NCBI GenBank assembly: GCA_964371255.1
Contig: CAYJKV010000002.1
Location: forward strand, 2,553 to 66,552
Origin: an uncultured Candidatus Saccharibacteria bacterium
Lineage (GTDB): Bacteria; Patescibacteriota; Andersenbacteria; UBA10190
DNA: 64,000 nt
Direction: 5' to 3'
Shown here: piece after piece, positions 8,545 to 16,673 of the stretch
Position numbering within the stretch: position 1 is the first letter of the stretch
Layout: every line of letters begins with the position of its first letter
Position numbers and translations under genes: made by a program
Notes under the pieces: generated by a model
What the model was told of the DNA's origin: nothing
Seen by the model: the letters and a program-made list of their open reading frames with translations, nothing else
Database searches by the model: none

Positions 8545-9588
8545 TCATCCACCCCCGCCCCCAACTGCACCGCCTCCACCGCCTGCTGCACTTCCACCGC
8601 CAGCACCGCCTCCCATACCCCCGCCCCCTGAACTTCCTTCCATTCCGCCGCCTCCCGATGGTCCTGAAGGAGCCTCTGGACTGACTGAAGAGGAGCTTGG
8701 TCCAGTATCAGGAGGGGATATGTTTGGTTCATAGGTTAAACGTTTAGGCTCACCCGGGGCTGCTTCAGGCGTAGCATATTCTTCGCCAACTGGTTCGTAA
8801 GCACCCGTTTCTGGATTAAACTCTGTATCAATTGCATCTTCGTCCACTGCTACATCAGGACGAGCAGCTTCGCCTTGTTGCTCTTGTCCCTGTCTTTTTC
8901 TTTTCATCATCTCTTTGAATATTTCCTCCATTTGTTTTTTTTGCTGAGGAGTAGGAGGTTTCTTCTGCCGCTCTGGTTTCTTATCTTTTTTCTCAAAAAG
9001 TTTTAATGCAGAGTCAATTACCTTTTCTTTGTAATTCTGTGGCACATCATTACTCTCCCGATACCATTGGAGCTTGTTGATAAGCCCAGCGGCTGATTTT
9101 GGATTAACTTTGCCCTCCTTAAAGTCTCGTTCAAGTTTTCGGGCATCTATCATCAGTACGGTCATTTCTGCTATACGCACGTACTGCTTATTTTTTTCGG
9201 GCAATTCGTTCCAACCCTTGCTGCCATCTTCGCTACTATAGTGTGCTAGCACGGCCTTAGATAGATCCTGCATTTTATTGAGCCGACCCGTCTCACCCCG
9301 CGTGTATGCACTATCTACTATCTCGGATATGTCCTCGCTAAAAGGAAACTGCTCAATAAACTCCTTATACTCTGGTAAATCCGTTTTCCAGTCTTCCAGC
9401 ATTTGCTGTTGGTTTTGACCGTCTTCAAAATTATCAACTTTCCAAACACCATCAAGCCAATCAGCTCGATTGGCAACTGCCGTACCTACATCGTGCTCTA
9501 TGGCTATTTCATGTTTTTGAGGCGGCTCAGCTTCGTTAGCCTCCCAGCTACTTGATGCAAAGCCTGATGTTTCGGGAGTATCACGCAT
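8545..9588 (-). CDS. hypothetical acidic protein with a Lys/Gln-rich linker and a C-terminal Gly-rich low-complexity tail
   Basis: 347 aa ORF whose start overlaps the stop of the upstream 508 aa ORF (ATGA-type coupling at 9588). No TM segment, no signal peptide, no recognizable domain. The tail is GGGGMEGSSGGGGMGGGAGGGSAAGGGGGAVGGGGG. Confidence 0.6.
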   Translation of the reverse strand: MRDTPETSGFASSSWEANEAEPPQKHEIAIEHDVGTAVANRADWLDGVWKVDNFEDGQNQQQMLEDWKTDLPEYKEFIEQFPFSEDISEIVDSAYTRGETGRLNKMQDLSKAVLAHYSSEDGSKGWNELPEKNKQYVRIAEMTVLMIDARKLERDFKEGKVNPKSAAGLINKLQWYRESNDVPQNYKEKVIDSALKLFEKKDKKPERQKKPPTPQQKKQMEEIFKEMMKRKRQGQEQQGEAARPDVAVDEDAIDTEFNPETGAYEPVGEEYATPEAAPGEPKRLTYEPNISPPDTGPSSSSVSPEAPSGPSGGGGMEGSSGGGGMGGGAGGGSAAGGGGGAVGGGGG

Positions 9589-11114
9589 TATTTCTTTCTG
9601 TTATCAGGTGTCCCCAGAAAATGAAAGTAGCCAAGAAAAGGGTCATCTGCTGAACCAAGCTGCTCGTAATGCCCACGCACTGCTTTCGTAGCAGTGCTGA
9701 AATGTCCGTTCTCTACGGTAGTAGGCTGGTCAACGCCTAGACGCCTTAATAAAATCCTCTGAGCTTCTTGGCTGGGTTTATAGTTAGGTAGCACGGTATG
9801 GTCTTCTAGGTCATATTCCCGCTGATGCTTGGCAAGCTCTTTAGGTGTTAGATACCGCAATACATCATTACCGTCTACATCAAATATTCTGCCGCCGCCT
9901 TTCTTAAATCGTTTATCAAAATACCACAAAGACATCCGGGATATTGGTTCTTTTATTTTCTTAATCTGTTCAGTCAGGCTTCTGAAATAATCGGCGTCTT
10001 CGGTTAGCCCAGCATCTTCTATTTGAGTGGTAGCGGTTTCCAAATGTCCGACAAACTCCTCTTTGACTTTTTCATAGCCTTCTCTGGTTGCCTCAAGCGC
10101 TTGGTAGCCAACAGGAGGTTCCTGCACCTGTTCGTGTTGAGTTGATTCGAGTTTTTTCTCAAATGGTCCAGACTTTCCCAGAACATCCGATTCAATCTGC
10201 TGATGAAGCTTTTCCACCTCTTCATCAAGCGCCTGCTTTTCTGCGTTCAGATTCGGGTCCATAGCAGCCGATGGTGAGCTGCTTAACTGACGGAGTAAGT
10301 CCGCCTGTTTCTCTTTGAGTTTCCTAAACTCCGAAAAAGAGGGATGACTCTCAAACTTCTGGTGATATCCCTCAAAAAAGCTGTCCAAGTTTTGGCGAAA
10401 ATTACCAAACTCATCATTACCTGATGAGCGGTTAATATTGGCTCCTACCATCGCTTGGGCGTACATTGGGGCAGCATCTTTATAGTAGTTCTGAAACAAT
10501 TTTTCACTTAGCTCATTTACCTTTTTACTAAAATCTTCAGAGTCATTACCCAGCTTATCAAGTTGCGACATGACCTTTTCTACACGAAATTCAGCTTGTT
10601 CTCGATTGCCATATTGCGCCTCAAAAACAGACATAACAATCTCCCGCATTTCTGGGTTCTCTTTCAGCACATCGCCTGTGTGAACATACTCCCACATAAT
10701 TTCCTGCGCCCGCTGGTCGAAAAACGGCTTGTGTAAAGTCCGAGCCACAGCTTCCATATCCCTATTTATTGCTTCGGCACTGGATTGAATCTCTTTTTTC
10801 TGATCTTGTCCTAATCCTTCCATCATTTGTCTCTGTCGATCCCCTAAGTTACGGATCACATTTTGTTGTTGTTCGGTTGCGTTTTGAAAAAACTCTGCTT
10901 GCTTGTCCGCCAAGTCTTCTACTGATTTTCGCTGGTCCTCAGGAAAACTGGCTAAAATATCCTCTGGTTTTTCCTCATTTACAATTTTACCTGTTTGTTC
11001 GGCAGAGGACCGAAAAGGCAAGCCGTCTGAGGCAGCCGCACCATCATTATTAGTGGGCTGTTTAGGTTCTTCGTCAGGTGGAAGCGAAAAGCGATTCTCA
11101 AAGGGGTTAGGCAT
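9588..11114 (-). CDS. hypothetical large acidic, coiled-coil-rich protein (ORFan)
   Basis: 508 aa, rich in E/Q/K with predicted long helices, no TM, no recognizable motif. Translationally coupled to the downstream 347 aa ORF. Confidence 0.6.
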   Translation of the reverse strand: MPNPFENRFSLPPDEEPKQPTNNDGAAASDGLPFRSSAEQTGKIVNEEKPEDILASFPEDQRKSVEDLADKQAEFFQNATEQQQNVIRNLGDRQRQMMEGLGQDQKKEIQSSAEAINRDMEAVARTLHKPFFDQRAQEIMWEYVHTGDVLKENPEMREIVMSVFEAQYGNREQAEFRVEKVMSQLDKLGNDSEDFSKKVNELSEKLFQNYYKDAAPMYAQAMVGANINRSSGNDEFGNFRQNLDSFFEGYHQKFESHPSFSEFRKLKEKQADLLRQLSSSPSAAMDPNLNAEKQALDEEVEKLHQQIESDVLGKSGPFEKKLESTQHEQVQEPPVGYQALEATREGYEKVKEEFVGHLETATTQIEDAGLTEDADYFRSLTEQIKKIKEPISRMSLWYFDKRFKKGGGRIFDVDGNDVLRYLTPKELAKHQREYDLEDHTVLPNYKPSQEAQRILLRRLGVDQPTTVENGHFSTATKAVRGHYEQLGSADDPFLGYFHFLGTPDNRKK

Positions 11115-11641
11115 AGTAATTCATTCAAGCGTATCACGGACACTGCCAGCTTCTCAACTTATTCTTTGCTCTGATGCTACAGTTTTTGAGATGCAATTCC
11201 TGCCGTGAGTAGTGAGGGTCAAGGTGAGGGCAAGGTGACAGGTATTTATATGTATTTATCAGCTCTACTTCGCCGTACGGCATTCCATTAGCTTATTTGG
11301 TAAGCTCAACCTGTCGTTTCGCTCGCCTTCCGGCTAAATCGGTTATGAATACATTAACTAAAAATCTTCGCGGTTGTCTTTTTCTTTTGTGCCGAATTCG
11401 CCAATTCACGTGGCGAACTGAGGCTACCTTGCGGTGAGGGAGCAGGAAAATTACGAAGTAATTTTCCGATGAGGGAGAGGATTCCTTCTCTCTCATAGTC
11501 AGAGCGGGTGGCCGTACTTTGCTCGAACCTGCCGCTACCACTTTGGTTTTTTCTTAACTTATACAGTCTTATTACTCCTGATCTTATTTTAAAACTTAAT
11601 TTGTTAAAAGTCAGAATGGATATTCCGAGTTTTAAAAAGCT

Positions 11642-12004
11642 TTACAGTAACTCAAAGTGAATCCCTAATACACCATATTTTAGTTCTTCTTCCGAGTAAT
11701 AATTCCTCATTTGATTTATCATTGACTCCAAATCCAGAACTTTTTCCCACCCGCAAGCTATTAGGTCAAGAGATCTTAATAAATCTCCAAAACTATTAAA
11801 ACGAGAAAGTCCGATTACTTTTACCTTTAGCGTATTGCTTGGATTGTCTATCTCTGAAAAAACAATAGTATCACCTAAATTTATTGACTGTCTTTTTTCA
11901 TCAAATAATCTCAGTTCTATCTTCTTCGTTCCCTCCTTGGTCTTTTTAAAAGGTTCAAGCTTCAATTTCATCTTAATTACTTTTGAATCAGTCATAATTG
12001 TCAA
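11642..12004 (-). CDS. ASCH (PUA-like) domain protein
   Basis: Pattern KMKLKLEPFKKTKEGTKKIELRLFDEKRQSINLGDTIVF ... YSEEELKYGVLGIHFELL matches the small ASCH beta-barrel family. Confidence 0.6.
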   Translation of the reverse strand: MTIMTDSKVIKMKLKLEPFKKTKEGTKKIELRLFDEKRQSINLGDTIVFSEIDNPSNTLKVKVIGLSRFNSFGDLLRSLDLIACGWEKVLDLESMINQMRNYYSEEELKYGVLGIHFELL

Positions 12005-12057
12005 TTTATGTAATTTCCTAGTAACTTTCTATCCATTTATAGCGACTTCTGTCACAT

Positions 12058-12131
12058 CTGGAGCGGGTAACGGGAATCGAACCCGTATCTCAGCCTTGGG
12101 AAGGCTGCGTTCTGCCACTGAACCATACCCG
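12058..12131 (-). tRNA. tRNA-Gly (anticodon CCC), CCA encoded
   Basis: Perfect cloverleaf folded by hand: acceptor GCGGGUA/UACCCGC, D-stem GUUC/GAAC, anticodon stem CAGCC/GGCUG with loop UUCCCAA, T-loop GGUUCGAUUCC, 3' CCA present. Confidence 0.85.
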
Positions 12132-12301
12132 CTTTACCCTACCGTTCTTTGTAATGTCTTTACCTTTATCTGTCCACAATCAGTTTTGCAACGAGAAATA
12201 ACTGAACGTTTCTGTCTTTTCTTCGTTGTAGCCGCGTAGAATTACAGAGCAATCACACTGCACAAGCTGGATCATTAGTGATTGAAGTGTTAAACGCGTT
12301 G

Positions 12302-12358
12302 TTTGAAAATTAAATACTTGATCCTTCTTTGAAAATTGACCTTTGAAAATTGAAAATT
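12302..12358. repeat. cluster of three TTTGAAAATTGA-type short direct repeats (the same family recurs at 1956-2015)
   Basis: Copies read at 12302-12312, 12328-12339 and 12342-12358, lying between the 3' end of the 192 aa gene and tRNA-Gly. Confidence 0.5.
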
Positions 12359-12405
12359 CAACCTTGGCTTGGTCCTTGGGGTTTAAGGTTTGATTGAGAT
12401 TTGGG

Positions 12406-12420
12406 CATTGGTCATTGGGA
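12406..12420. repeat. 15 nt motif CATTGGTCATTGGGA (identical copy at 33747-33761), directly 3' of a minus-strand stop codon
   Basis: Exact 15-mer shared by the two loci. The flanks are also similar (GATTTG upstream, TT-GTC downstream). Confidence 0.5.
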
Positions 12421-12433
12421 TTTAGTCTACTCC

Positions 12434-13012
12434 TTACTTTTGTTTCACTTCGGCGGTCTCTTTATCCCATACCAGCCCCCGTGGCAGTACCCATATTTTT
12501 CTCTCTTGGGCTAGTTGGGAAAACATTTCCTCCAGACTGGCACTTTTTTTTCTTTGCCGTAACACCTCTTGCTTGAGCAGTGGCAATATAACCAGCTTGT
12601 CATAATCGTCCAACGACAAACCAGTTGCCTCCACAATCTTTGCTTCGTCCTTCGCCTGCAATACTTCTTCTCGATAACGTCTGGCGTTACCTAAGGTGAT
12701 CGGTGAATCCCCTAGCGCTTTATCGACTAAGTGTTGTCGCGCTAAAGTAGTTAATGCCTCCTCGGGTGTCGGCGCGTTTTGTCCCGTCTCCCTGGCAAAT
12801 ACGCCACGGGCGCGATAATGTTTATGCCAACCGCTGGTGGTCACACAGCCTCTCGTTGAACAAATTACAGGCCATAAACCTGACTCGCTCAAGCTGTGCT
12901 GATAAATATTGCGATTCACCATTATTGAGATCCATAGTATCGTCCACAACAACACTGGACTCAACAAAATTATAATAAAAATTCCTACCACTTTTCTTTT
13001 GGACAAAGCCAT
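12434..13012 (-). CDS. hypothetical membrane-anchored protein (single N-terminal TM)
   Basis: N-terminal hydrophobic helix followed by a soluble domain with no recognizable motif. It is the last gene of the ftsB-containing operon. Confidence 0.5.
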   Translation of the reverse strand: MALSKRKVVGIFIIILLSPVLLWTILWISIMVNRNIYQHSLSESGLWPVICSTRGCVTTSGWHKHYRARGVFARETGQNAPTPEEALTTLARQHLVDKALGDSPITLGNARRYREEVLQAKDEAKIVEATGLSLDDYDKLVILPLLKQEVLRQRKKSASLEEMFSQLAQERKIWVLPRGLVWDKETAEVKQK

Positions 13013-13054
13013 ACCTTTATCTTAACGGCTTTGCCTTCTTTTCCACAAATCCAG

Positions 13055-13426
13055 CTATTTTATTGGTTTAGTGAAAAAAGCGTCCCACCACCTCTTTGGG
13101 ATGGATCGGTTATCTATTGCCTCGCCTTCCTCACTTTCATCCCGCACCGCTTCGGTTTCCGGTATTAACACCACCTTTTCTCCCGCAGCGCGGTAATTGA
13201 GTTTTTCTCGGGCCATCAACTCGGCAAAATCATCCGTTTTAAAATATTGGTTGAGGTTTTCCATCTGGATTAAGTTCTTCTCCAATTTATTTGCTTCACT
13301 TTCTAGGCGAACGATTTCTCTTTGCACGGACAAGCGTCGGTTCATTTCCTGGACCAGAGAAAAAATAATTAAGACAGCCACAATACCGGCGGCGGCTAAT
13401 CCCAGTTTTAGCCACCCGGCTTTCAT
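13055..13426 (-). CDS. ftsB: septum formation initiator FtsB/DivIC family
   Basis: Single TM, then a coiled coil, then the characteristic AREKLNY-x-AGEKVV motif. Confidence 0.7.
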   Translation of the reverse strand: MKAGWLKLGLAAAGIVAVLIIFSLVQEMNRRLSVQREIVRLESEANKLEKNLIQMENLNQYFKTDDFAELMAREKLNYRAAGEKVVLIPETEAVRDESEEGEAIDNRSIPKRWWDAFFTKPIK

Positions 13427-14475
13427 TGTGGTTTAGGGCTAACGCTTAATTCCAGGCTTTCCTCTCTGTTGCCCCGATTTACGGTCAAAGACCTGATTGG
13501 TTGTTCGGCCATCAGACCCACCACGCTTCTATCCCAGCTCAATTGATGACCGTTGATCCCAGTAATAACATCTTGCGTTTTTAGTCCTGCTAACGCGGCT
13601 GGCGTATCTGCTTCCACGCCTGTCACTTGCGCGACAAATTTCCTGCCGGTTGTCCCTCCGGTTTCTAAGCCATAGTGTAATGTGACCCCAAAATCCCGCA
13701 ACGGATCTGTCTCTCTTTGGCCTTGCGCCAGCCGTTGCAAACTAATCAACACATCATCGGCGGTAATGGCTAACCCGGCCGGCCCATTCATTATTAATCC
13801 TGCCAGTCGGCCATCATCATCGACCAAAGCACTGCTTGTTGCGGTTGGATCACCCAAGGCCGTCCCCCGCCACACTCTCTGGATACCCTGAGGACTTATC
13901 TCTGGTGGTAACACCCATTCCTTTAACTGCCACTTATCAACCTGTGGTAAGGATGTCAATCGCGCCCGGCTCAATACCAATAACTCGCTGCCGGCAGTCA
14001 ATGAGTCCTTGCGTACATCTAACGGCCCCACCACTCCTTCCTTAAATTTCAAATAGGTTAATCCGTATAGTTCATCCTCGCCGACTCGGCTGAGAGGTGC
14101 TTCCATGCCTAAATAATCAATGGCGGTTAGGTCAGTCTTCGGCAAGCTGGCGCTGGTTACAATCAATCCGTCATTCGTCACCACCACTCCATTGGCTATA
14201 ACTGATTTATTCGTTACGTCAATAATACTGACAATAGATTTATCCGCTTTCTCCACAATCTCCTTGGCTGCTTTATTTGGAGAAATAGTCACTTCCTGCA
14301 CGGTTGTCGTGATTAATTCCTGGCCGTCTGTCAGTGGCATCACTGTCGGGGACCATACTAGGTTCACTAACACTCCGCCGCCCATCCCCAACAACACCAT
14401 GACGCCCGCTCCTAGTAACAACCATAACAGTGATACTTGCACGACCCGCTTATTTGGTTGGGTTTGATCATCCAT
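13423..14475 (-). CDS. membrane-anchored HtrA-like protein with PDZ domain but lacking the catalytic His and Ser (probable pseudo-protease)
   Basis: Trypsin-fold-like region in which TNDGLIVT replaces TNxHVV and no GNSGGP motif is present. The PDZ-like segment AQVTGVEADTPAALAGLKTQDVITGINGHQL is present. Overlaps ftsB by 4 nt. Confidence 0.55.
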   Translation of the reverse strand: MDDQTQPNKRVVQVSLLWLLLGAGVMVLLGMGGGVLVNLVWSPTVMPLTDGQELITTTVQEVTISPNKAAKEIVEKADKSIVSIIDVTNKSVIANGVVVTNDGLIVTSASLPKTDLTAIDYLGMEAPLSRVGEDELYGLTYLKFKEGVVGPLDVRKDSLTAGSELLVLSRARLTSLPQVDKWQLKEWVLPPEISPQGIQRVWRGTALGDPTATSSALVDDDGRLAGLIMNGPAGLAITADDVLISLQRLAQGQRETDPLRDFGVTLHYGLETGGTTGRKFVAQVTGVEADTPAALAGLKTQDVITGINGHQLSWDRSVVGLMAEQPIRSLTVNRGNREESLELSVSPKPQ

Positions 14476-14535
14476 ACTTATACGTATTTTACTTAACTAC
14501 AAAAGAAAGTTTAACGCCAATTGCTTGTTTATTAT

Positions 14536-15330
14536 TTATATCCACTGCGCGCTCAATAAGATAATGGCCACCGCCACCACTCCTACTATCCCATATTCCA
14601 AGTAGTCCCGCTTCGTTATTTTTCTGGTAATGCTCAGTCCCAATAAATTAAACATGACATAGTAGCCCGAGGTAATGAGTCCGGCCTGAATTAAATAATG
14701 GACAGGCAAAAACTGCATCACCCAAACCAGCTGCGTGAGGACAAAAGCCATCACCGCTACGGGCAGCATAATCACTGACCCGCTGGCCAGCCTGCGCAAC
14801 GCTTGCCACGCCAGCAGAGCTGTTACTACAAAAACCATGAATAACAAGAATATAATCGGCAAATACAAATGGAAACGCAAGCCCAGGATGAACGCAATGT
14901 TTAAAAAATATATTAGCAAAGAAATGATCCAATTCCAGATTGGGTAAGCTTGCCGGGCCCCGTGTTTGAGAATAAAGAATAAAACAGCGCCGGCCGCGGC
15001 GATGTACAAATGCAAAATGAATGATGTTGGCAGCAAAAAAGCGAACCCGCACAAGCCGATCGCTGCGAATAGCGGTAGCAGCACGTTCGACAACGTAAAC
15101 TTACCTGACTCTTCAATACGCACTAAGACCACCCCGATCATTACAACCACCAGGACAACCTGGGCTACCAGCACCACCCATTGTTGCAAGGCGAAAATCA
15201 ATTCCAATCCGACGATAAATAAAAGTGCCAGCAAAGCATAGTGCGATGACGGGAAGAGCCGCTTTACGAACAGTAATGCTCTGATTAGATATTTAATGAC
15301 AAAAGTTGTCGTTTGTTTTATCAGCTTCAT
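14536..15330 (-). CDS. hypothetical polytopic integral membrane protein
   Basis: Eight or more hydrophobic helices, no motif recognized. Confidence 0.5.
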   Translation of the reverse strand: MKLIKQTTTFVIKYLIRALLFVKRLFPSSHYALLALLFIVGLELIFALQQWVVLVAQVVLVVVMIGVVLVRIEESGKFTLSNVLLPLFAAIGLCGFAFLLPTSFILHLYIAAAGAVLFFILKHGARQAYPIWNWIISLLIYFLNIAFILGLRFHLYLPIIFLLFMVFVVTALLAWQALRRLASGSVIMLPVAVMAFVLTQLVWVMQFLPVHYLIQAGLITSGYYVMFNLLGLSITRKITKRDYLEYGIVGVVAVAIILLSAQWI

Positions 15331-15427
15331 ATTTCAAATGCGGACTTTACCACAACTGCACTGCTCTGACAAGGTTCGTTATAGTAGCTGGCCCACTCCC
15401 GGATCAAGCAAGCTAGTTAATCGTCCG

Positions 15428-16396
15428 TCACTGGTTTCGGGCCAGATAATCACTGACTGACAGAGCCGCCGAGCACCCATGTCCGGCCGCTACAATAATT
15501 TGCGCATCCCGGGTATTAGTCACATCCCCGGCTGCAAAAAATCCTGCCTGATCGGTTCGTCCGTAACGATCTGCCACTATCGCGCCCCACTCATCTAGTT
15601 TTACTAACCCTTTCACTGGTTCGGTATTAGGAATCGCACCGATTGTTACAAATACACCATCGACTGGTAATGACTTTACTTCGCCAGCTGCCAAATCCTC
15701 ATACTCCAATCCCTGCACGACCTTATCACCAACAATCCTAACTGTTTTAGCACTGACAATCACCTCGGTCTTTTTATTGCTAGCAATATTATCTAAAAGC
15801 ACCGGATCAGCCGGGAGCTTATCTCCCAGGTGTAACAAGTAAATCTTTTTCGCGATGCCTTGCAATGCTATCACTGCTTCCGTGCCGGTGTTACCCCCAC
15901 CCACCACCGCTACCGTCTTGTCGTTAAATAGTGGTGCATCGCAGGTCGCGCAATAGCTTACGCCCAAATTAGCATATTCCTTTTCACCTGGTACGCCCAA
16001 TTTACGGGGATGCCTGCCCGCAGCGTATATGATCGCTTTCGCCTGGCTGGTTTTATTGTCACCATAATTAAGGACGAACAGCGCACCCTCTTTACTAATC
16101 TTCAGTACTTTGCTCTGCACGATCTCTACCTCCTGCCGATGTTGCTGTAAGTGCTTAACCATTTCCTGCGCCAGCGTTATCCCGTCAGTCGTCTCAACCC
16201 CCGGCCAATTCTCAATCACGCCCGAATTCAGTACTTCACCACCGGGGACCTCCCCAACCAACAAAATCTTAAATTTTCTGCGAGCGGCATAAATGGCAGC
16301 CGTTATACCGGCCGGGCCGTAGCCGACAATTGCCAGGTCATACATACTTTGATACGGACTAATTTTTAATCGCTTGTTCAATCCGTGCCTGATCAA
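15428..16396 (-). CDS. trxB: thioredoxin-disulfide reductase
   Basis: FAD site GYGPAG, redox-active CATC, NADPH site GGGNTG. Confidence 0.9.
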   Translation of the reverse strand: MIRHGLNKRLKISPYQSMYDLAIVGYGPAGITAAIYAARRKFKILLVGEVPGGEVLNSGVIENWPGVETTDGITLAQEMVKHLQQHRQEVEIVQSKVLKISKEGALFVLNYGDNKTSQAKAIIYAAGRHPRKLGVPGEKEYANLGVSYCATCDAPLFNDKTVAVVGGGNTGTEAVIALQGIAKKIYLLHLGDKLPADPVLLDNIASNKKTEVIVSAKTVRIVGDKVVQGLEYEDLAAGEVKSLPVDGVFVTIGAIPNTEPVKGLVKLDEWGAIVADRYGRTDQAGFFAAGDVTNTRDAQIIVAAGHGCSAALSVSDYLARNQ

Positions 16397-16607
16397 AACC
16401 TACAATTACTTCCGCGTCCGCCCCTTCACCAACCACTATAACAGGCACTCCCATTTGCCCTGACTTCTCAATCATCTCTCTCGCCTTAACCTGGTCTTCC
16501 CCTACGTCGATTTCTGTGTATGATATATTGTTAGCACTAAAGTATGCTTTCGCAGCTTTACAAAACCCGCAGGTTTTGGTGCTATACATAGTAATTGATT
16601 TATTCAT
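16359..16607 (-). CDS. glutaredoxin/NrdH-like small redoxin
   Basis: 82 aa with the CGFC active site in a thioredoxin fold. Its end overlaps the trxB start by 38 nt. Confidence 0.75.
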   Translation of the reverse strand: MNKSITMYSTKTCGFCKAAKAYFSANNISYTEIDVGEDQVKAREMIEKSGQMGVPVIVVGEGADAEVIVGFDQARIEQAIKN

Positions 16608-16673
16608 AATTGTGTTTAATTAATAACTGCCCAGGCAGTATAGCAAAACCTGCTTCGGCTAACCAGAGAACAA

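Noticed and set aside
8330-8732. Three mutually overlapping track ORFs (8330..8548 -, 8349..8684 +, 8526..8732 -)
   Set aside because: They overlap each other and the 3' end of the 347 aa gene, have odd composition (His/Arg/Leu runs) and no start context. The region is better explained as structured non-coding DNA.
11293-11541. 82 aa Arg/Lys-rich ORF in the region upstream of the ORFan cassette
   Set aside because: Composition is typical of an out-of-frame or antisense artefact in GA-rich DNA. There is no RBS, and it overlaps the hairpin and GTGAGGG repeat structures.
1955-12440. Short repeat clusters (TTGAAAATTGA, TTTCGGATTT, CATTGGTCATTGGGA) considered as a CRISPR array
   Set aside because: The repeats are 10-15 nt, irregularly spaced and lack uniform spacers and cas genes, so they are not CRISPR-like.
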